In this document: one piece after another, positions 24,619 through 36,850 of the stretch | How positions within the stretch are numbered: the stretch's first letter is position 1 | Layout of the letters: each line of letters starts with the position of its first letter | NCBI GenBank assembly: GCA_977016875.1 | Contig: CDRNST010000171.1 | Span: forward strand, 248,001 to 312,000 | From: Pavona decussata | Taxonomy: Eukaryota | Length of the DNA stretch: 64,000 nucleotides | Reading direction: 5' to 3' | The notes under the pieces: model-generated | Databases searched by the model: none | Told to the model about the DNA's origin: nothing | The model's input: the letters and a program-made list of their open reading frames with translations, nothing else | Translations under genes and position numbers: made by a program

Positions 24619-26241
24619 TTAGCTGAATGGCATCTCGCAGTGATCTTGAAATTTGTCTTTAAAACGTTCTTGTACAGCCGCTAAAAGACTGGCACTTGAC
24701 CACATGGAGATTATGACCATATTAACCAATGCCACGATAATGTGCCTTCTCCATTGTTTACTCCAGACCGCCATTATTGGCATGTTCTGGTAGCGAGTTT
24801 CAATGGCTATAGAGACACTGGTGAAAAACCACTCAATAACAAGTGGAACTGAGGTGGTGATGGCAAATGACTGAAGGAGCTGAAGAGGAGAATTGTCACG
24901 TGTGTAAACATATTGATACAAATACAGAAAGCCATTGACGGATATCACCGCACTTGATTCATATAACATGCTCATAATACAGATGTCAGCTGCAAGTCTC
25001 TCTCGACGAGGGCTACGGAAACCTCCCAAAGGAATTCTTCTCTTTTCCAAGACTTGATTATAAAAATGGTCTATCAGAACCATGCTGCTACGTTCAATGA
25101 CTTCTGCAATCCCATGAATCACTCCGATCAGTGCAACGGATTCCAAACTCTGAAGATCCATTTGCAAAAGTCGCAACATTACCGCTGATCCATAATACAG
25201 CGGGACCAACAGCACGAAAGAAGTACCCGGATGGCTGATTCGACACCATAACCGCTGAACACAAATACGTGATGCTCCTTTTAGGAAAACTGCGATGAGT
25301 GGTGCAAATATCGCAATTATAACTTTGCCGTTTTTTTCTTCTTTGTTGTACGCTGGGTAGACTAAGTTAGCAACAAGCACGGCGGTAACAGTTCCTAAAA
25401 CACAGGGAACAACGAACAGTAAAATCAACTTGAAGCGTATAATTCCAGGCCTATTACAAAAATGTCTCGCGATGATGTTAATCTGTGAACAGATAGATAA
25501 GAAAAATAGAATCCTGCAAGGAATTCCTTGTATAGTTTTAAACTTAAAGTTTCCGATCGGGATTCCGAAAACTTGCATAACAATCCTATAAGCAGAATCT
25601 AAACAGTAGAGAGCGAGACAAAGAAGAAAAATTCTTAGTTTGAGACCTGATATTTGGAACGGCCGAAAGAAAAATAGGACATTGAGAAAAAACAGCTGGT
25701 ATAAAAAGCAGATGAAGAAGACATTTGAAAAGGTTATCAACCACTGCAGCTTAATCGGAATCGAGTCCGCTTTGGATTGATCTTGACAACTGAGCAGTGT
25801 TTGATAGCTGAGGTAATAAACGGCGATAGAGACTATGCCGACGATTGTGGCACTCAACATGGATATGAAAAACCCAAAATACAATGAACTCAACAGTGTT
25901 CGAAAGATCGATGGTCTGAGCTGTTTCCAAGCCATTGCTGTATCCTCGCGTTGTTCCTGCGTTTCTTCGTTATCTTCTGGTGAGCACGCATCTATAAGCC
26001 TTGCATTAACACTGCTTCTCGTTAGATAATCCAGGGCAGTTGCTTCGCTATTGCTGTATTCTTGGTAAATAACTTCATCGACTGGTCGACAGTACCACTC
26101 CTTGCCTGTGTCCTCCAGAGCGTTGTAGCCAAACAAGTCTGAGAGATTCTCATCTTCGTTAATATTATAGTGTTCGGCGACATTGCGAGTGAAGCTGTAG
26201 AGGATGTGCCCAAAGAACTCTGCAATAGTGTGGGCAAACAT
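24619..26241 (-). CDS. Array copy 7: orphan ~11-TM protein, 540 aa (B/A chimera)
   Basis: Intact ORF with B-type upstream and N-terminus, A-type NFKFK loop, and copy-2-type C-terminus and 3' flank. Confidence 0.9.
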   Translation of the reverse strand: MFAHTIAEFFGHILYSFTRNVAEHYNINEDENLSDLFGYNALEDTGKEWYCRPVDEVIYQEYSNSEATALDYLTRSSVNARLIDACSPEDNEETQEQREDTAMAWKQLRPSIFRTLLSSLYFGFFISMLSATIVGIVSIAVYYLSYQTLLSCQDQSKADSIPIKLQWLITFSNVFFICFLYQLFFLNVLFFFRPFQISGLKLRIFLLCLALYCLDSAYRIVMQVFGIPIGNFKFKTIQGIPCRILFFLSICSQINIIARHFCNRPGIIRFKLILLFVVPCVLGTVTAVLVANLVYPAYNKEEKNGKVIIAIFAPLIAVFLKGASRICVQRLWCRISHPGTSFVLLVPLYYGSAVMLRLLQMDLQSLESVALIGVIHGIAEVIERSSMVLIDHFYNQVLEKRRIPLGGFRSPRRERLAADICIMSMLYESSAVISVNGFLYLYQYVYTRDNSPLQLLQSFAITTSVPLVIEWFFTSVSIAIETRYQNMPIMAVWSKQWRRHIIVALVNMVIISMWSSASLLAAVQERFKDKFQDHCEMPFS

Positions 26242-27837
26242 ATTTGACTATAAACTGTTTTTCGTTATAATACCTCGTGATAAAAAGGAGCGCTGAGGTT
26301 TAACGATGAGCGTTAATATACTCTCGGAGCTGAATTCCAAAAGAAAGACTGCAAAAGCTCCGAATACTGAGAATTAAGTCAGGTTATTACGGACGTGAGA
26401 TCCTTTCGAGCTGTAGCAGTTAATAAGTATTCCCAAACTGGCTTCAGGTTTGTGTTGGAGTGGTATTTAATTTGTCTTCTTCACGGACGGGCGCAGTTCA
26501 AAGTTAGGTTTGAACGTTAATCGTTTAAGCGCTTTGTCAGTCTTTCAGCTATGTTTTAACTTCCGTCACTACATGGTGCGACACTGATAAAGGTCGAAAC
26601 ATGTAGGTGAGAAAAGTTATTAACAAGAGTTATAATGACCTCTATGCAGAACCGATACTTACCCTTTAACACAGACATTATTTGATGAAATAAAATGGGT
26701 TTTTTTCCTAATCGACAGTGGTATATTTGGCTGTATTTCCAACATTCAGCCAAAAATAGATGAGACCGATGATAACATTACTGTGTCTAGCAGATTCTGA
26801 AAGCTATACAGGAAATATAGTATTTAAATAGCGTATAACGAGGGCATACTTTTTGCGAACTCGAAGCCGAAAGACATTGATCGTTTCAACTTGGTTTTTC
26901 GATCACAAACCCGGTAAAGGGAATGGTTCACGGTTCTACGCATGTCCATGAATCAAAATACTTTTTCGCCTTTGCTCGCTATGACCCAAGTCTTTTTAAA
27001 TTAATTCGTTGTTTATGATCCATTCGGAAGGGAATAGGCAACTTGAAAACAATCAAGAAATATTGCTAGATCTTGCTAATTTCGCTTTGCCAGAAAGACC
27101 AGAAGACAATTTAATGGTCTCTATTTCTCGGGCATGGTATAATGGCTCTTATACCATGGCCGCTAAGCCAATCAAAACTGTAGAATTGCGTTATACAATA
27201 AGCTAGGTTTTAGTAATGATCATCATACGGACCTTATACATCATGTTAAATCCTTATATTTTCCGTACACGACTTTGTGTACTATGCACGATCTGCATAA
27301 GAGGCTGTTTACCAATAATTTCATCTGATGACTATCTGCAGGTGACGAAGTTAGGTCTATTATAGAGATAAAGAAAATCGAACTTTGAATATTTATATTT
27401 ACACAGAAGCAGAGACAGCTATTCTTAAAAATCCAACATGATGTTTCTTATCCGTCTTCTTAATATTTTTTTCTCACCTCCATATTTGGACCTTTATCAA
27501 TTTGAAACCATGTTGTGACGGAAAATGAAACATAGCTGAACTGAGATTGACTGAGCGCTTAAACAATTAACATTCAGATCTAAATTTGAACTGCGCCCAT
27601 CCGTGAAGAAGATAAATACCACTGCATCATAAACCTGATTTCAGTTTAGGAATACGTATTGACTACTACAGCTGAAAAAAAATTCACGTCCATAATAACC
27701 CGACTTAATTCTCACTATTCGGAGCTTTTCAAGTATTTCTTTTGGAATTCAGCTCGGAGAGTCCAATTCTCTTCGTTAAACCTGAGCGTTTCTTTTTATA
27801 ACGATCTATTATAACGAAATTCAGTTTATAGTCAAAT

Positions 27838-29460
27838 ATGTTTGCCCACACTATTGCAGAGTTCTTTGGGCACATCCTCTTCAGCTTCACTCGCAGTGTC
27901 GCTGAACACTATAATTTTAACGAAGACGAGAATCTCTCAGACTTGTTTGGCTACAACGCTCTGGAGGACACTGGCAAAGAATGGTATTGTCAACCCGTCG
28001 ATGAAGTTATTTACCAAGAATACAGCAACAGCAAAGCAACTGCCATGGATTATCTAACGAGAAGCAGACTGAATGCAAGCCTTATAGATGCATGTTCGAC
28101 AGAAGACAATAAAGAAACGGAGGGAACACTCGAGGATACAGCAATGGCGTGGAAACAGTTCAGACCATCGATCTTTCGAACAGTGTCGAGTTCATTGTAT
28201 TTTGGGTTTTTCATATCCGTGTTGAGTGCCACAATCCTTGGAATCATCTCTGTTCTTGTTTATTACCTCAGCTATGAAACAGTGCTTAACTGCAAAGATC
28301 TTTACAAATTGGACTCGATTTCAATCAAGCTGCAGTGGGTTATAACCATATCAAGAGTAATTTCAATCGGTTTTATTTATCACTGGTTTTTCCTTAATGT
28401 CCTTTTTTATTTTCGGCCATTTCAAATATCAGGTGTTAAACTAAGACTTTTCCTTCTATCCCTCCTTCCCTTCTGTTTAGATTCTGCTTATACAATCGCT
28501 TTACAACCTGTCGGAATATCAATCGCGAACTCAAAGCTAAGAACTACGCTACTAATCCCTTGTCGGATTCTTTTTTACATATCTGTCTGTTTACAGATTT
28601 ACATCACCGCGAGGCATTTTTGTAAAAGACCTGCAATTAAGCAGTTGAAGTTGATTTTACTGTTTCTTATTCCCTGCGTTTTAACGAATGTTACGGCGGA
28701 TCTGATTGCTGACTTCGTCTACCCAGCTTATACAAGACAAGATAAAAACGGCAAAGTTATAATTGCGATATTTGCACCTCTCATCACAGTTTTCCTCAAA
28801 GGAGCATCACGTATTTGTGTTCAGCGGTCGTGGTGCCGAATCAGCCATCCGGGAACTTCTTTCGTGCTCCTGGTTCCACTGTACTATGAGTCAGCGGTAA
28901 TGGTGCGACTTTTACAAGTGGATCTGCAGAGTTTGGAATCCGTTGCACTGATCGGAGTGATTCACGGGATTGCAGAAGTCATTGAACGTAGCAGCATGGT
29001 TCTGATAGACCATTTTTATAATCAAGTCTTGGAAAAGAGAAGAATTCCTTTGGGAGGTTTTCGTACTCCTCGTCGAGAGAGACTTGCGACTGACATCTGT
29101 ATTATGAGTATGTTGTGTGAATCAAGTGCGGTGATATCCGTCAACGGCTTACTGCATTTATATCAGTATTTTTACACAAGTGACAATTCTCCTCCTCAGC
29201 TGCTTCAATCATTTGTCATCACCACCTCAGCGCCACTTGTTATTGAATGGCTTTTCACTAGTGTCTCTATAGCTATTGAAACTCGCTATCAGAACATGCC
29301 AATAATGGCGGTCTGGCGCAAACAATGGAAAAGGCACATTATTGTAGCGGCGATAAATTTAACAATAATCTCCATTTGGTCAGCTTCCTATCTTTTGACG
29401 GGAGTACAAGAACGTTTCACCAACATATTTCAAGATCACTGCAAAATGCCATTCACCTGA
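27838..29460 (+). CDS. Array copy 8: orphan ~11-TM protein, 540 aa (subtype D)
   Basis: Intact ORF, near-identical to copy 16; block ~27045-30670 is repeated at ~59057-62680. Confidence 0.9.
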   Translation: MFAHTIAEFFGHILFSFTRSVAEHYNFNEDENLSDLFGYNALEDTGKEWYCQPVDEVIYQEYSNSKATAMDYLTRSRLNASLIDACSTEDNKETEGTLEDTAMAWKQFRPSIFRTVSSSLYFGFFISVLSATILGIISVLVYYLSYETVLNCKDLYKLDSISIKLQWVITISRVISIGFIYHWFFLNVLFYFRPFQISGVKLRLFLLSLLPFCLDSAYTIALQPVGISIANSKLRTTLLIPCRILFYISVCLQIYITARHFCKRPAIKQLKLILLFLIPCVLTNVTADLIADFVYPAYTRQDKNGKVIIAIFAPLITVFLKGASRICVQRSWCRISHPGTSFVLLVPLYYESAVMVRLLQVDLQSLESVALIGVIHGIAEVIERSSMVLIDHFYNQVLEKRRIPLGGFRTPRRERLATDICIMSMLCESSAVISVNGLLHLYQYFYTSDNSPPQLLQSFVITTSAPLVIEWLFTSVSIAIETRYQNMPIMAVWRKQWKRHIIVAAINLTIISIWSASYLLTGVQERFTNIFQDHCKMPFT

Positions 29461-29911
29461 GTACCTTCGTTGAATTAGAGCAACTTTTGATGGTACCACG
29501 CCAGGAAAGGCCACACGACCCAGTTTTCTCTAACACAAAGAAGGTCGGAGTATTAATTTCCACCAGTTAATACGGATGACGGAAACTTCAGTTTTCTGTG
29601 ATCTGAGTGGGACGCTCTCGTACAAAGTAAACCTCGCTTTGCGGACAGTGCTTATCTGCATACTGTATAAATTGTTTAATATTCATTCCCTCTGACCGAA
29701 TTAGAAACAAAGAATGGCAGTGGAAAGCGAAGTCACGGACTATTTTAAATGATTAAATTGTGAGTCGCCTTTGACTGAAACACTGAGCAAACAGTAATCT
29801 TATTGCGAGAATAATGGCTTGAATGATCGTAAGCGTTTTCAGTTAAATCATTAATCATTGTTCTGTTGCTATCAAATTGTATTCTTTGGGGCCTCCAGAG
29901 ACGATGCAAAT

Positions 29912-30276
29912 TGTTATCGACGACTATTTTCAACCGACAACTTAATTGAATCGACAAGTATTAGTGTTCGAAAATGCGTTTCAACACACCAAAAGTTTAG
30001 TTGCCGATAACCTGTATGTTTTGAGGGAGCCTGGAAACTTCCTTGTAATGCGCATGTGTACATCGTGCACGAAGACTCTAGTAATCGATGACTTACTCAT
30101 ACACGGGAGAAAGTTGTCGATAACAAAACTGCCGCGTTTGTAATGAACAACTAAAGTAGTTTTCATTTTGAAAAGGAAAAATCCCTTGTTATCGACGACT
30201 TTTCACCATTTGTAGTCGATGACTTGATTCACACACGAGATGTTTTGTCATCGATAACTTTTGGTTATCGACAACT
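29912..30276. repeat. Cluster of degenerate GTTRTCGAYAAC palindromes (copies at ~49247-49620 inverted and ~61920-62286)
   Basis: About ten instances such as gttatcgacgac, gttgtcgataac, gtagtcgatgac, gtcatcgataac, gttatcgacaac. Confidence 0.7.
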
Positions 30277-31393
30277 AAAAGGTTACCAATACCGTTTGCC
30301 TCGTCTGTCCAAGCTCTTAGTATTAGCTTTTTATTGTGATAAAAACATAATTAAAAAAAAAACGTGTTCCTGACGTTTTTCTGAGAGCCCGTTTACTACG
30401 GAAACCCGGCTAATACGGAGACCTTTGCGTGTCCCTTTTGTGTTCGATTAACCGGGTTTGTGATCGCAAAACCAAGCTGAAACGATCAATGTCTTCCTTC
30501 GAGTTCGCAAATAGCATGCCTTCGTTATACTCTCGCTCTATTTAAATACTATATTTCCTATATAGCCTTCAGATTCTGCCGGACGCAGTAATGTTACCAT
30601 CGGTATCATCTCTTTTTCGCTGAATGTTTGAAATACGGCCAGAACAAACCATTGTTGATTAAGAGAAAAAAATTTCATGGACATGCGCAGAACCGTGAAC
30701 CACTCCCTTTACCGGGTTTGTGATCGAAAAACCAAGTTGAAACGATCAGTGTCTTCCGGCTTCGGGTTCGCAAAAAGTATGCCCTCGTTATACTCTATTT
30801 AAATACTATATTTCCTGTATAGCTTTCAGAATCTGCTGGGCACAGTAATGTATCATCGCTCTCATCTGTTTTAGGCTGAATGTTGGAAATACAGCCAAAT
30901 ATACCACTGTCGATTAGGAAAAAACCCATTTTATTTCATCAAAAAATGTCTGTTTTCAAGGGTAAGTAACGGTTCTGCATAGACGTCATTATAACTCGTG
31001 TTAATAAATTTTCTCAACTCCAAGTTTCGACCTTGATCAGTTTCGCACCATGTACTGACGGAAATTAAAACATAACTGAAAGACTGACAAAGCACTTAAA
31101 CGATTAACATTCAAACCTAAGTTTGAACTGCGCCCGTCCGTGAAGAAGACAAATTAAATACCACTCCAACACAAACCTGAAGCCAGTTTGGGAATGCTTA
31201 TCAACTGCTACAGCTCGAAAGGACTTCACGTCCGTAATAACCCAACTTAATTCTCAGTATTCGAAGCTTTTCAGCCGGTCTTTCTTTTGGAATTCAGCTC
31301 CGAGAGTATATTAACGCTCATCGTTAAACCTCAGCGTTTTTTTTTATCACGGGGTATTATAACGAAAGTCAGTTTAATACTTTATAGTCAAAT

Positions 31394-32349
31394 ATGTTTG
31401 CCCACACTATTGCAGAGTTCTTAGGACACATCCTCTACAGCTTCACTCGCAATGTCGCCGAACACTATAACATTAACGAAGACGAGAATCTTTCAGACTT
31501 GTTTGGCTACAACGCTCTGGAGGACACAGGCAAGGAGTGGTATTGTCAACCCGTCGATGAGGTAATTTACCAAGAATACAGCAATAGCGAAGCAACTGCC
31601 ATTGATTATCTACCGAGAACCAGTGTTAATGCAAGGCTTATAGATGCGTGTTCAACATAAGACAATAAATAAACGCAGGAAACACGCGAAGCCGATACAT
31701 CAATGTCTTGGAAACAGCTCAGACCATCGATCTTTTGAACAGTGTCGAGTTCATTGTATTTTGGGTTTTTCATATCCGTGTTGAGTGCCTCAATCGTTGG
31801 AATCGTCTCTATCGCCGTTTATTACCTCGGCTATCAAACACTGCTCAGTTGTCAAGATCAATCCAAAGTGGATTCGATTTCAATTAAGCTGCAGTGGGTA
31901 ATAACCCTTTCAAAAGTGTTCTTCGTCTGCTTTCAATACCATCTGGTTTTTTTTAATGTCCTATTTTTCTTTCGATGGTTTCAAATATCAGGTCTCAAGC
32001 TAAGAATTTTTCTTCTTTGTTTTATTCCCTACTGTTTAGATTCTGCTTATAGGATAGGTATGCAAGTTTTCGGAATCTCAATCGCAAACTTTACTAGGGA
32101 AGAAATTCCTTGCAAAGTGCTTTTTTACTTGTCTGTATGTTCACAGATTTACATCATCGCCAGGCATTTTTGCCAAAGGCCTGGAATTATACGCTTCAAG
32201 TTAATATTATTTTTCATTGTTCCCTGTGTTTTAACAAATGTTGCTGCTGCTCTGTTTTCTAAGTTAATTTACCCAGCGTACAACAAACAAGACAAAAACG
32301 GTAAAGTTATAATTGCGATATTTTCACCACTCATCGGAGTTTTACTTAA
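31394..32349 (+). pseudogene. Array copy 9: 5' ~60% of a subtype B gene with several stops, broken at ...IGVLL
   Basis: ORFs 31394-31660 and 31742-32356; TAA at 31658 and a CGA>TGA near 31736; homology ends at ggagttttacttaa. Confidence 0.85.
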
Positions 32350-32371
32350 TTCTTAGCTTGAGACCTGATAT

Positions 32372-32683
32372 TTGCTGTATCCTCGATTGTTCCTGCGTTT
32401 CTTCATTGTCTCTTGTTGAACACGCATCTATAAGTCTTGCATTAACACTGCTTCTCGGTAGATAATTCATGGCAGTTGCTTCGCTATTGCTGTATATTTA
32501 CTCTTGGTAAATAACCTCATCGACGGGTTGACAATACCATTCTTTGCCAGTGTCCTCCAGAGCGTTGTAGCCAAACAAGTCTGAAAGATTCTCGTCTTCG
32601 TTAATGTTATAGTGTTCGGCGACATTGCGAGTGAAGCTGTAGAGGATGTGCGCAAAGAACTCTGCAATAGTGTGGGCAAACAT
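32372..32683 (-). pseudogene. Array copy 10: 5' fragment (subtype B) with a small insertion
   Basis: MFAHTIAEFFAHILY...; homology ends near codon 103 at the junction. Confidence 0.85.
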
Positions 32684-33771
32684 ATTTGACTATAAACTGA
32701 CTTTCGTTATAATACCCCGTAATAAAAAGAAACGCTGAGGTTTAACGATGAGCGTTTATATACTCTCGGAGCTGAATTCCAAAAGAAAGACTGCAAAAGC
32801 TCTGAATACTGAGAATTAAGTCGCGTTGTTACGGACGTGAAATCCTTTCGAGCTGTAGCAGTTGAGAAGTATTCCCAAACTGGCTTCAGGTTTGTGTTGG
32901 AGTGGTATTTAATTTGTCTTCTTCACGGACGTGTGCAGTTCAAACTTAGGTTTGAGAGTTAATCGTTTAAGTGCTTTGTCAATCTTTCAGCTATGTTTTA
33001 ACTTCCGTCACTACATGGTTCGAAACTGATAAAGGTCGATAAGGAGGTGAGAAAATTTATTAACAAGAGATATGGTGAAATTTAAGCATTGCCGTTGCGT
33101 ACCCCTTTGCGCAGACATTTTTTGATGAAATAAATATTTTTTCTCCTAATCGACAATGGTTTACAGCCAAATTCGTTGTATCGCGCTGCGCGCTGTTTCG
33201 CCAATCATCTTATTGGGGCGGGGTTATGCAAATAACAACGCAACGCGCTCGTCCAGCTTCGCCCGCTTGCGATTCTTACGAGACGATGAAAAACAGAACT
33301 GAAAATGACTCGAGAATATCCAAGAGAATTGCGATTGAGAGTGGTATATTTGTTGAGGGAAGGATGGAGGGTGTCAGGTGTAAGCGCACTCATGGCAAAT
33401 TTGCATCGGTTGAAAACAATTTGGTTCTAAGCTAAAGCGTGGCTTCTGTATATATATGATCATAACAATTCTGAAATCATATCAGATGGAAAAAAACTTC
33501 TGCCATCGTACGCGATCGTCTGCGAGTATGATCACCTGATTCTATCTCCTGTAATTGAGACGCGAGAGTGCGATCATGATCCGATACCCAATCTCGTACC
33601 CAGACCCTTCAGGCTCTTTCGTCAGCAGTTTATCGCTTGGGGACCAACCGCTGACCAAACAGCATAAAGACTCTGAGTAACTCTTAGCACCAGGTTGAAC
33701 AGTTCAAAGTGTGACCAATTCCGCTGTCCAGAAAGTATGCAGGCAGCGCTTTAGCCAAAGGGGCTAAAAGA

Positions 33772-34211
33772 TTTTGGGCGGAAAAACGTTTTGCGCAATT
33801 TTACTGCGCATATCCGTTCGCGGACCCAAGTGAACTGAAAACGCTGCCGTTTGATTCTGTTGTCGTTGTTAAGCAGTGGCTTTTGTGGTAAAAATACATT
33901 TTATCATCTACATTTTGACTTATTTTATCGAATATGCTATAAAATCGGACCGGTCATTTTACCAACATCGTGTAAGGACAAGAACGAAAACTGGACTAGC
34001 GGTACCGCCAGGTTCCGGTACATGACTATAAACACAGCAAAGGGACACTTCTGGTAACTATGCTACCCGAGTTTCATCTTTATTTATAATTCTCTATGTT
34101 TCTCATTGCAAGGCAATTCGTATTTGGCCTCAGCACAACTAAAATTGAAATAAAATTATATTTAAAAAATTGAAGCTGGTCAACCTCTGCTCACCAGATG
34201 CATTTATTCAT

Positions 34212-34242
<31 letters not shown>

Positions 34243-35051
34243 TTTTTTCGTTTATAAAACAAAATTGCGCGAAGAGTGAATTATGGCAAGAGTGCGACGA
34301 CGGAAGGCTTTGTGAAACAAATTCAAAATCCCCGCTAAGCACAGTGACAAAAGGGATTATTTGGGAAGTTTCCGTAACTAGAGATATTTTTCCTGCCTTC
34401 AGTTGACCTGTGCAGATAAGTATTGTTACACCTCAGTTGTGTAATTGATCTGAGCCTACAAGATAGATGTACACACATCTTGTCAAGTCAAACTTTATTG
34501 TGTTTCTCATGATCAACTTTTAGCTAATTACACTGGACTGCAAGTAGCGAAAGCTAATCGAGGCAGCCAGTGAAAGACAAAAGAAATATACAATATATTG
34601 AAAAGACATAAACTAAACTAAAGGAGATAAAGCAGTACAATATACTAAGAGATCGAAAGTAACGCATCGCATGAAATTGCTCCCTCGGTACCGATAATTA
34701 GATCCTTGCGAAAAAAAATAAAAATCCACTCTGGCAAACAATTATAGACTTTGGCAAACTCAGTAATTAACGATTAACTGTTTTCCCACTTGTTTACACG
34801 CCGTGGGAACATCGAGGCCTTTAAAATCTTTTTTAAAGTCTAAGAAGCCATAAGAAAATTAATCACAGCAAGGTTACATCTCCAGATATCTTCTGGTGTC
34901 GGATAATTATCGCTACTTAGCGGGATATCTGTAGTAGCATAGCAAATTGTTGAAAATAAGAAAATTAAAATTGCCGCCATTTTTGAAACTTTTCGGGTGC
35001 CCCGCGCTCACGCAGAGTTCGCGCATGCTTTTAGCGTTTTTCCGCTCTGAA
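33772..35051. mobile_element. Second copy of the MULE-like element, co-duplicated with its flanks
   Basis: Same gctaaaaga TSDs and same flanks as 12472-13748. Confidence 0.75.
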
Positions 35052-35227
35052 GCTAAAAGACCTCGTATAGTTACCTTGAAATGCCATCTGTTACTGGAAA
35101 GTTAACTTAGGCGCGCACAATCATTGCCATTTTAATGAAATCGTTTTTTCTCAGGTCAGTCGTCTATTCCGCGCTCATCCTCGTTCCCGAGGTGGTTGCG
35201 TACTAATTGAAATGACTCGTAAGCATC

Positions 35228-36850
35228 TTAGCTGAATGGCATCTCGCAGTGGTCTTGAAATTTGTCTTTAAAACGTTCTTGTACAGTCGTTAAAAGACTG
35301 TCACTTGACCAAACGGAGATTATGGCCATATTTACCACTGCCACAATAATGTGCCTTCTCCATTGTTTCCCCCAGACGGCCATTATTGGCATGTTCTGAT
35401 AGCGAGTTTCAATAGCTATAGAGACACTGGTGAAAAACCACTCAATAACAAGTGGAACTGAGGTGGTGATGGCAAATGACTGAAGGAGCTGAAGAGGAGA
35501 ATTGTCACTTGTGTAAAAATATTGGTACAAATGCAGAAAGCCATTGACGGATATCACCGCACTTGATTCATATAACATTCCCATAATACAGATGTCAGCC
35601 GTAAGTCTTTCTCGACGAGGGGTACGAAACCCTCCCAAAGGAATTCTTCTCTTTTCCAAGGCTTGATTATAAAAATGGTCTATCAGAACCATGCTGCTGC
35701 GTTCAATGACTTCTGCAATCCCATGAATCACGCCGATCAGTGCAACGGACTCCAAACTCTCAAGATCCACTTGTAAAAGTCTAAGCACTATCGCTGACCC
35801 ACAATACAGCGGGGCCAACAGCACAAAAGAAGTTCCCGGATGGCTGATTCGACACCATAACCGCTGAACACAAATACGTGATGCTCCTTTGAGGAAAACT
35901 GCGATGAGTGGTGCAAATATTGCGATTATAACTTTACCGTTTTTGTCTTGTCTGTTGTATGCTGGGTACATTAAGTTAGAAAAAAGATTTGCGGTAACAA
36001 TTGTTAAAACACACGGAACAACGAACAATAATATTAACTTGAAGCGTATAATTCCAGGCCTGTTACAAAAATGTCTCGCGATGATGTAAATCTGTGAGGA
36101 GATAGATAAGAAATATATAATCCTGCAAGGAATTATCTGCAAAGCTTTAAACTTAAAGTTTCCGATCGAGATTCCGAAAACTTGCATAACAATTCTATAA
36201 GCAGAATCCAAACAAAAGGGGACGAGACAAAGAAGAAAAATTCTTAGTTTGAGACCTGATATTTGAAAAGATCGAAAGAACAATAGAACATTGAGAAAAA
36301 ACAGCTGGTACATAAACCAGATGAAGAAGACTTTTGAAAGAGTTATCACCCACTGCAGCTTCATTGGAATCGAGTCCGCTTTGGATTGATCTTGACAACT
36401 GAGCAGTGTTTCATAGCTGAGGTAATAAACGAGAACAGAGACGATGCCAACGATCGAGGCACTTAACACGGATATGAAAAACCCAAAACACAATGAAGTG
36501 AACACTGTTTCAAAGATCGATGGTCTGAACTGTTTCCACGCCATTGCTGTATCCTCGCGTGTTTCCTGCGTTTCTTCATTGTCTTCTGTTGAACACGCAT
36601 CTATAAGCCTTGCATTAAGACTGGTGGTCGATAGATAATCCATGGCAGTTGCTTCGCTGTTGCTGTATTCTTGATAAATAACTTCATCGACAGGTTGACA
36701 ATACCACTCCTTGCCTGTGTCCTCCAGAGCGTTGTAGCCAAACAAGTCTGAGAGATTCTCGTCTTCGTTAAAATTATAGTGTTCGGCGACACTGCGAGTA
36801 AAGCTGTAGAGGATGTGCCCAAAGAGCTCTGCAATAGTGTGGGTAAACAT
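35228..36850 (-). CDS. Array copy 11: orphan ~11-TM protein, 540 aa (subtype A2)
   Basis: Intact ORF. Confidence 0.9.
   Translation of the reverse strand: MFTHTIAELFGHILYSFTRSVAEHYNFNEDENLSDLFGYNALEDTGKEWYCQPVDEVIYQEYSNSEATAMDYLSTTSLNARLIDACSTEDNEETQETREDTAMAWKQFRPSIFETVFTSLCFGFFISVLSASIVGIVSVLVYYLSYETLLSCQDQSKADSIPMKLQWVITLSKVFFIWFMYQLFFLNVLLFFRSFQISGLKLRIFLLCLVPFCLDSAYRIVMQVFGISIGNFKFKALQIIPCRIIYFLSISSQIYIIARHFCNRPGIIRFKLILLFVVPCVLTIVTANLFSNLMYPAYNRQDKNGKVIIAIFAPLIAVFLKGASRICVQRLWCRISHPGTSFVLLAPLYCGSAIVLRLLQVDLESLESVALIGVIHGIAEVIERSSMVLIDHFYNQALEKRRIPLGGFRTPRRERLTADICIMGMLYESSAVISVNGFLHLYQYFYTSDNSPLQLLQSFAITTSVPLVIEWFFTSVSIAIETRYQNMPIMAVWGKQWRRHIIVAVVNMAIISVWSSDSLLTTVQERFKDKFQDHCEMPFS

Larger units (their letters stand above)
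26242..31393. repeat. Inverted repeat: 26242-26952 vs 30674-31393, flanking copy 8
   Basis: ggttcacggttctacgcatgtccatgaa (to 26952) is mirrored by ttcatggacatgcgcagaaccgtgaacc (from 30674); similarity runs through to both ATGs. Confidence 0.8.
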
